Assembly: GCA_951406725.2 (NCBI GenBank)
Contig: OX597817.1
Span: forward strand, 29,946,001 to 30,010,000
Direction of reading: 5' to 3'
Source of the DNA: Octopus vulgaris
Taxonomy: Eukaryota
DNA: 64,000 nt
Shown: positions 55,760-64,000 of the stretch, piece after piece
Position numbering within the stretch: the stretch's first letter is position 1
How the letters are laid out: each line of letters opens with the position of its first letter
Notes under the pieces: generated by a model
The model's input: the letters and a program-made list of their open reading frames with translations, nothing else
Database searches by the model: none
What the model was told of the DNA's origin: nothing
Position numbers and translations under genes: made by a program

Positions 55760-56193
55760 AAGGCGGTGAGCTGGCAGAAACTTTTGCACGCCGGGCAAAA
55801 TGCTTAGCAGTATTTCGTCTGCCGCTACGTTCTGAGTTCAAATTCCGCCGAGGTCGACTTTGTCTTTCACCCTTTCGGGGTCGATAAATTAAGCACCAGT
55901 TACGCACTGGGATCGATGTAATCGACTTAATCCCCTTGTCTGTTCTTGTTTGTCCCCTCTATGTTTAGCCCCTTGTGGGCTATAAAGAAATAAGAAATGT
56001 TAGCACGCCGGGTGCAATGTTTTGCGGTATTTTGTCTGTCCTTTCGTTCTGAGTTCAAATTCCGCGGAGGTCGACTTTGCCTTTCATCTTTTCAGGGTCG
56101 ATAAATTAAGTACCAGTTGTGTAGTGGGGTCGATCTCCTCGGCTGGCCCCTCCCCTGAAATTTCGGGCCTTGTGCCTAGAGTAGAAAAGAATA
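55760..56193 (+). mobile_element. Family-C SINE, dimeric form
   Basis: Two tandem gttagcacgccggg...ttctgagttcaaattccg units, ending aaatttcgggccttgtgcctagagtagaaaagaatatt. Confidence 0.9.
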
Positions 56194-57244
56194 TTGTGTG
56201 TTTGAGTATACACATATATGCATACAAGCATATAATGTGTATGTATACAGATGTATATATGCATACATACACATACATATATATATATGTATGTTAATGA
56301 GTATGTGTGTCTGTCTGTCTGATCGTAAGCGCGCGCGTGTGCATATGTCTACATTTGCGTTTGTTTACATCATAGTGACTTTGTGGCTTTATCAAAATAA
56401 ATACAGATAGATTATGTACCAGAATTTTAAAAAATAAGTATTGGGAAATGTTCGATCAACTTAAGACTAGTGAGCCAGCATCGGTGCAGTGCAATAACTG
56501 AAACAAATAAAAGATAATAATAAAGAAAGTTTATACATATGTATGTATATTTTGTTACAGCTGAGATAAAGGCAGATTGTTTTGACGCTATGACATTATC
56601 AGAACCTTTTGGAGATTATAATACTGATACAATTTGCTTTTATTGAGTTCTTTTATTTATACTGTGGAACCACTTGTCTTTATGAGTAAACACAATTATA
56701 TTTGCGTGTGTGTGTATGTGTGTGTGTATGTGTGTGTCTGTGTGTGTGGGCGCGTATACTTGTATATGTGATATAATTATTAATATTTTTTTCGGCAACA
56801 CAAGAGCACTGAATGTCAATTAAGTCTAATTTCGTGACATGTAGTAGTAGAGAGATAAGTCTCTCATAAAATAGGATGCCAGTCTGCTAAGAATAAAAAT
56901 CTCAGGATATATTGCTTCTATTTCTGACGTACACACACACACGCACTTGCATATGCGAGCACATTCACGTACACAGTAATTTATAATTTTTTTTATGGAG
57001 CATACGTATCCAGGGGTATGAAACTCAGAGTAACGAATTCTGAACCTTCAGCTTATACAATATACGTAAAAGAACTCGGGTGGCTGGGCCTCCAACTAGG
57101 ACTTTCGCAATACCCTTGAAGCCAGGAACTTTTCAGCATCCCCCCGTTTATATATATGTATATATATATATATATAGTTAATTCAAACGAACAAAGAGAA
57201 AACACAACAAAGCGAGGACGTGGAACAAGTATATATATATATAC

Positions 57245-57464
57245 GAGCTGGTAGAAACGTTAGCACGCCGGGCGAAATTCGTAGCAGTATTTCGTCTGTC
57301 GTTACGTTCCGAGTTCAAATTCCGCCGAGGTCGACTTTGCCTTTCATCCTTTCGGGGTCAATAAATTAAGTATCTGTTACGCACTGGGGTCGATGTAATC
57401 GACTTAATCCCTTTGTCTGTCCTTGTTTGTCCCCTCTATGTTTAGCCCCTTGTGGGTAGTAAAG

Positions 57465-57467
<3 letters not shown>
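57245..57467 (+). mobile_element. Family-C SINE between (TA)n tracts
   Basis: gagctggtagaaacgttagcacgccgggcg...gtgggtagtaaagaaat. Confidence 0.9.
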
Positions 57468-57525
<58 letters not shown>

Positions 57526-57529
<4 letters not shown>

Positions 57530-57745
57530 TAATCCAAACAAGAACGCACAAAAAAAATACACAACAACGCGAGGACGTGGTACAAATATAGTATTATTGG
57601 ATGCTCAGGAAAGAAGGAAAGAAAGAGGGTTTAACGTTTCGAGCGGAGCTCTTCGTCGGAAACATAGGAGAAGGAAAGATCCAGAGAAGGGAAGACAGAG
57701 GGAAAAAAAATCGCCAACGGTACACACGAGGTCACATTTTGAATA
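57526..57745 (-). mobile_element. Penelope-like pLTR fragment with a variant minimal hammerhead (57629-57663); a truncated copy lies at ~57175-57230
   Basis: The minus strand reads gttt-CCGACGA-a-gagc-tcc-gctc-GAAAC-GTT-aaac. It abuts (TA)n. Confidence 0.72.
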
Positions 57746-57873
57746 TATATTTTGAATATATATATTGATAGAAATGGCAAGACAACAAAAGAATGAAAGA
57801 GACCTCTATATTATGTAAATAGAGGAATTTATCTGTAAATATAATATGTGACAAAATTTTCTTTCGATGACCC

Positions 57874-57934
57874 GATAACTGAAGAGATGCCGGCGTGGGT
57901 TTCCGCCCCAACATCCGAAACTCGGAGTTTTATC
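57874..57934 (+). ncRNA. Type I hammerhead-like motif with a long stem II, inside an inverted Penelope-like fragment (57763-57980)
   Basis: gataa-CTGAAGA-gatg..ggcg..cgcc..catc-c-GAAAC-tcgga-GTT-ttatc. Stem I gataa/ttatc. One base is out of register at the foot of stem II. Confidence 0.68.
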
Positions 57935-57982
57935 ATGGCTACCGAATAATTGTCACATATATGTACAGATATTACAGATATA

Positions 57983-58367
57983 TCTCTCTATATATAAACG
58001 GCAGTTTGTCTGTGTGTGTTTCTGTGTGTCTGTTTGGTTGTACCATCACCCTGACCACGGCTTTCAACCGATTCTGATGAAACTTGACACACACATAGCC
58101 CAATGTCATAATTCAAAACTAACGCAGCGAAAATTTTGAAAAGTTCCCCCAGTTCTGAAAAAAATTGATAAATTCGACATGGGGTCGAGAATCAGAAACA
58201 CAAACCACAGACTGTCTAGGGGACGCAACTCGACCTTTTTTAACTCTCAAAAAAAATTTACCATCATTTTTTTCCCATTTTTTGGCTATTTTTTGGCTAT
58301 AACTCTCTAAAAATGCTTTATAGTTATTTCCCTTACAAACCTGAGCAACGCCGGGCGATACTGCTAG
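57983..58367 (+). mobile_element. Non-autonomous Helitron-like element (second family)
   Basis: a|TCtctctatatataa ... cctgagcaacgccggg-cgatactg-CTAG|t. A/T insertion site, no TSD. Confidence 0.82.
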
Positions 58368-58372
58368 TATAT

Positions 58373-58509
58373 ATATATTGTTATATTTCGGAATGGTCAT
58401 TTTGCCAGTTTAGCCAATAAAAACACACGCACTATATATTTGGTGTTACTTTGCTTCAGTGTTATTGGCTAAACTGGCAAAATGACCATTCCGAAATATA
58501 ACAATATAT
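58373..58509. repeat. Perfect ~48-bp inverted repeat with a 41-bp spacer
   Basis: atatattgttatatttcggaatggtcattttgccagtttagccaataa (58373-58420) and its exact reverse complement (58462-58509). Confidence 0.92.
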
Positions 58510-58560
58510 GTTTCAACACACGATTTCACATAAAAAATCTTGCACAACAAATATTTAAAC

Positions 58561-58606
<46 letters not shown>

Positions 58607-58717
58607 CGCGCATGTTTCTATACATAGGGAACAGATTTTATTCTTTTTCTGTTGAAGACATAACTATGTAATTTTGTAATTTGATATTTAATAATGTTTA
58701 CTCAAAAAATAATGCTC

Positions 58718-58749
<32 letters not shown>

Positions 58750-59134
58750 CGTGAAAGTTTCGAGGCTACCTTAACCGTATCTTCAGAATGTTTTGCCCTT
58801 ATTATGGAAGGCACCATATATTATTGTTGATTCCTCGATAGAACTTGCCATCAGTGTATTAGTGCTGTATGTCATCGAATTTGAATATACCATGTATATT
58901 TGTGGTACACTTTCGGTGAGATATTAGAATTTCTTCCATAATTAGAATACGTATGTGTGTATGTGTGATTGAGAGAAAGAGAGAGAGAGAGAATGCGTAT
59001 ACGATTGGTGGGACAATATCTGTTTTTAATGGAGCATTCCAGAATGAATCGTAAATCTCATTGTATGATAAATGAATTCGGAAAATGTCATGCACGAAAA
59101 TCTTAGGTCTTTTGCAACTTCTCTGACGGTTAAT

Positions 59135-59672
59135 ACAGACACACATACACACGCGCACATATACAAGCACAGGCTCACATACACAAGCACTCGTACACAC
59201 ACACATAATACACTTAATAGATATAAATATGTATGTATTCATATATGTATACGCATATATATATACACCCTTTATATATGCATAAAGAATATATATATAT
59301 ATGTGTGTGTGTGTATGTATGTGTGTGTATGTATATATATATATATATATATCTACATATACATACATACACACATATACATAATGTATATATATATGTG
59401 TGTGTGTGGTGTGTGTGTGTATGTATGTATGTATGTATATATATATATGCATGTACACATACATACACACACACGTATATATATGCTTCATGTATATATG
59501 AAGGGGTGTGTATATATATATGTGTGTGTGTGTATGTGCGTATGTGTATGTCTGTGTATATGTGTATTTATCTATACATTTGCATGCCGTATACAATTAT
59601 GTTCTTGCATATAGCTGCGCATAGACATGATTTTACATGTATGTTAATTTAGACGTGTGTGTGTGTGCGTGT
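59135..59672. repeat. Compound (CA/TG/TA)n low-complexity region (similar tracts at 38690-38860, 44520-44620 and 60060-60385)
   Basis: Read directly. Confidence 0.88.
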
Positions 59673-60105
59673 GAAAATAGTAGAACCGGTGCCTTAACGA
59701 AATTGAAATAATAAAAATGTGGCTTAGTTTGGGGAATAATGTGACAGATAGGTCAGTATCTAGAAGCTTCTTTATCGATTTTTGTAATAAAATGGCAAAA
59801 CAAATTCTTCAGTTTACATAATTGGTTTACAACCATAAACAATTTTTTCCAAGAGTGAAAAGAAGAACTGTATTGAGAAATTGTAATCTGTCATAACTTT
59901 GTGTAGTGGTATAATAAATAATGAGGTAATTTCGAAGGGATCTCTGCATGTGTGTTCTTCAATTCCTCCCGGTATCTTTTTTTGTTTTTGTTTTTATTTT
60001 CTCTGTGTTTTTCTTGCACATTTATCTTTGTTGGATGAATGCATCAATGTCTGCATATACGTACAGACACACAGACACACACACAGTCACATGTTTGCAT
60101 ATACG

Positions 60106-60168
<63 letters not shown>

Positions 60169-60250
60169 AAAATATTATAATTGATACATACATATGCGTA
60201 TATATATATATTATATATGTATGTATATATATATATATACACATATGCGT

Positions 60251-60282
<32 letters not shown>

Positions 60283-60322
60283 GTATGTATGTATATATAT
60301 TATAAATATGTATGTATGTATG

Positions 60323-60369
<47 letters not shown>

Positions 60370-60792
60370 AATATATATATATATATCCAACTTAACGTGG
60401 ACGTATTGTTAGAGCGCCGAGTACCACGTTGAGTAGGATATAAAAAATTGCCTTTCGGTACTATAACTGCTTCCGTCGCTAATAATTATGTTTTAATAAG
60501 CTTGCTGGCTATTTGCGATACCAGTGACTGATGAATCACTGTTATTCAATGATCATTGGTAGAGGAATTCGGCTGGTACACCGGGCTGATCGCCGGCCAC
60601 TTAAAAAGCGCTGTAGGCTGAAATCCCGTGATCTGGCATTTCAGAGACCCATACCAGGCAATTTTCGTCTGCTGCGATACATATCTGTTCATTTTTGCTT
60701 CATGCGTCTATATAATGGGTCCTCTGAAGGTGAAAACTACGGTATCTGGTATTATAACAATATATCCACTTTAATTTGGCTATATAGATTGT

Positions 60793-61003
60793 CGTTAGCA
60801 CGCCGGGCGAAATGCGTAGCCGTATTTCGTCTGCCGTTACGTTCTGGGTTCAAATTCCGCCGTGGTCGACTTTGCCTTTCATCCTTTCGGGGGTCGATAA
60901 ATTAAGTACCAGTTACGCACTGGGGTCGATATAATCGACTTAATCCGTTTGTCTGTCCTTGTTTGTCCCCTCTGCGTTTAACCCCTTGTGGGTAGTAAAG
61001 AAA
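60793..61003 (+). mobile_element. Family-C SINE
   Basis: cgttagcacgccgggcgaaatgcgtagcc...gtgggtagtaaagaaat, flanked by a short near-duplication tata(t/a)agattgtcgtt. Confidence 0.9.
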
Positions 61004-63394
61004 TATATAAAGATTGTCGTTTGGTATTAATACTGTTTCTATCACTAATAATTTCACACATACACACATATGTATGTGTGTGCACGCGCATGTCTATTTG
61101 TGTGTGTATATTTTTTTATTCCCCCACAAAACGATATATATTACAGAACTCAATATTTCAGTTATATGTACTCAATACTTACAATAATGTATATTATAAC
61201 TGAAAGGTTTTAAAATGGCAGTGATGCGATTTCCCCGCTTCCATCTGATAAACCGACCCAGATGTTCTTTAAATCATCGGATGTTTGCATCTATTTCAAA
61301 CAATTTAAAAGCTATCTAGATACTTTTTTTCTCAATATTAAAAAAGATGTTACTCGATCTTTATTGATAAAAATGTTTGTTTAAAGGACACGTTTATTTT
61401 CCTTCTTCCTGGACCCCATGGAAAACGGAAATAATCAAAACGTCATCACGGTTTGTAATTATCGTTGCTTGCTCTGTTCAAACCTCATAAAAAGGTGGTT
61501 ACTATAACAACTCTTCTTTTCTTATAAAATTCCGTTCTGTTTAAACAATTATTTTAAATATTCACTTCGAAACACAACCTTTTTCTCAGAACTTGGTCGA
61601 AAATTAAGGAAGAGATGTAATCGGTTTGAACTCAAATCGTTTTAGAATATCGACAAATTAAATCAAACGGCAGGTTCAGCCTCTTTTATGTTATAGAATA
61701 CTACCCAACCATTTGTACATACATGTATTATCCTGAAATCACTATAATTTTGAAGATCAAATACAACCATAAATAACACAAGTGTCAATATTATATTGGA
61801 AAGACTTTGTGGTTTAAGAAACACGGAAATTATCTCTATGGTGCATCCATCTTTGTTACGATGGCGCAGCGATTTAGGATTTAAGCGGATTATACATCGT
61901 TCACATACTGAAAAGTATAGCAAAATCCTTAAGCATAGCTTTACAGGGACGACGATCTTGCCGATAAAATGAAAAATACTCGAATTAGCACTTTTAGACG
62001 CTTACGTTGCTTTGAAATCTGAAGACTTTGTTTGGTTCAACACGAAATATAAATAACCATATCTGCGTTGAGCTCAGCGAAGCAAAAATAAATAAGGGAT
62101 CCGATCTCACGCACAGTTATGGAATACTTTTTGGTAACGTTACAAGATATATATGAAAAGTATCATCAAAGAGGGCAGTACTTATTGATGTTGTTCTATA
62201 TACACTACAACAGGATTCTAGTTAGAAGTTGCTCTAGTACCAAGCTAAAATGTATACAACAACCCTTACGAAAGAATATCAGTCATAAAAACACAATAGG
62301 TGTGAGGTTTAACTCAATCTATATTTCAAATGTATCCAAAAACGTTGCTAGAGCTTTACACGTTTCCCTGATTCCCAAAAATATTACAAAGTTTTCAATA
62401 AAATTGCCGTTAAGGTTAGTTATAATTCTACAGCTAACACAGTAATAAGAAATCTCTAACCACCACTAAAGAACCTATAAACATCATAATAACTGAACTC
62501 AACTGCATTTTCAGAAACACTACTAGGTACAATTTGGATAAAGATAATTGTAAAAATGAATATTATATAGTACAAATGTCGTAACGGTAAATTACGCTGA
62601 AAAAAATGTTTACTTGGTTAAATTTATAAATTTATAATTTATAAATTGATACACACAAATTCATTTAAACGTAGAAATAAGGACAATGCCATGTCTCTCT
62701 TGAAATACATTTTGCCCCGAAATGACAAAGGAGAAAGCAACCTCACTATAAATAGAGTTTTATTTTTGCAAAAGTAAAGGCATATAACGGCTGTGGTAGA
62801 CAATATAAAATATATCACTCAGAAAAAAATTTAAATTATAACTCTACTCAGCAACATTTTAAACAGAAGAAAGAAACCTTTCCGTCGTGCCTCTATGCAA
62901 GTAAATGAATTGATAAATAAATAAACTGCAGTTATGTCAAACTTACTGCTGATAAATGAGGTATGCACTAATTTAACAGGTAAAACCAAACTAATTTTTA
63001 AAGTAAAGGTTAAAACCTCTAATAAGTCAATTTTGGTTGCATCATCTTTAGAAACTAATGTTTGTATTTGGATTATGTGGAACAAGAATACTAAAAATCG
63101 AGCGTGATAAACCGAATAAGAATTTAAGCTAAAATTTGTGTGTGCTAATCTATAAAACATTGTGATCACAGCACTATCTTGAATTAAGCCATGTTTCCAT
63201 TGTAGTCTAACATGACTGTCTGATAAATGAAGAATTCAGGAAGCTAAAAGCAATGGCAGAATACATTAGCCCATGTAGTGAGTAATTTTTCTTTTATTCA
63301 TTACATTATTCAATAACTTATGTACGTATTATTTTTGAAATTACATTTTACATGTTAACAGGGTTTGCTTATTCATATATATAGATATCGGTTT

Positions 63395-63567
63395 CAAATT
63401 TTAGCACAAGACTAGCAATAATTGGGCAGACGTTAAGTCGACTATATCGACCTAGTGTTCAGCTGGTACTTGTTTTATCGACCCTGAAAGGGTGAAAGGC
63501 AAAGTCGATCCCAGTGCCGCTTAGCATTTTGTTCGGCGTGTTAACGATTCTGTCAGCTCACTGCCTT
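63395..63567 (-). mobile_element. Diverged family-C-related SINE
   Basis: ctggtactt.ttttatcgaccctgaaagggtgaaaggcaaagtcga...ggcgtgttaacgattctgtcagctcactgcctt. Confidence 0.78.
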
Positions 63568-63583
63568 TATATATATGTATGTA

Positions 63584-63979
63584 CTAGCAGTATGGTCCGG
63601 CGTTGCTCGGGTTTGTTTTCTTTTTGACCCTTTAGAATTGGAATTTTTGTAAAGTAAAAATTTTGCATTATGTATCTTGTTCTCTTTAAGTGAACATTTT
63701 CCTGGTTGAAATACACCGAAAAATGGCGACACAGCAGTAAAAAAATCGTAAAAAATAGGGATTTTCATAGAAAAAAGCACCTTTTTGATGTAAATAATTT
63801 TTGGTCTTAACATGGTCCAATTTGAATGTTTTCTTCTACGGAATGATGAGCAAGCCTTTTTCTATCATACTCTCAATTTTGGTCAACTTGCGCCGCAGGG
63901 TCTCGGAGGAGATAGTATTAGTTGAAGGCTGCCAAACCTGCCATACACACAGACAACTTCAGCTTTATATATATAACGA
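63584..63979 (-). mobile_element. Non-autonomous Helitron-like element (third family)
   Basis: The minus-strand 5' end is a|TCgttatatatataaa. The 3' end is acaaacccgagcaacgccgga-ccatactg-CTAG|t. Confidence 0.8.
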
Positions 63980-64000
63980 TTAGAATATCATCAACGTTTA

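Noticed and set aside
60521-60560. CTGATGA flanked by possible stems (ccagtga/tcattgg)
   Set aside because: The GAAA and stem III half of the core is absent, so it cannot be called a ribozyme.

Overview
AT-rich, repeat-dominated eukaryotic DNA. The SINE families resemble those of Octopus/coleoid cephalopods (from recall, not verified). I found no host protein-coding gene. Bases 1-21.55 kb are a 21-bp satellite (CATAATTTGCA(TA)n, with the POU octamer ATTTGCAT in most monomers). It is punctuated by a recurring ~205-bp chimeric SINE and by arrays of a GC-rich 70-bp hairpin repeat, forming a higher-order repeat; two mosaic islands look like assembly-consensus artefacts. All Y/I/C/M-rich ORFs in this block are satellite read-through. 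Bases 22.9-33 kb are a transposon cluster: a DD41D Tc1/mariner element nested in a DD34D mariner, an internally deleted mariner, a 5'-truncated CR1-like LINE with an uninterrupted ~845-codon ORF, and a decayed RTE LINE. Bases 33-64 kb hold three SINE families, non-autonomous Helitrons, a long-TIR foldback element, pogo/Tigger and DD37D relics, an RTE fragment, microsatellites and many Penelope-like pieces attached to (TA)n tracts. Most notable: (1) hammerhead ribozymes from several unrelated small elements, one fully canonical (54003-54072) and several core variants; (2) a SINE flanked by a 269-bp direct duplication, plus a 50-bp duplication around the RTE; (3) a LINE/SINE shared 3' tail with compensatory stem changes; (4) the octamer satellite with its embedded hairpin arrays.
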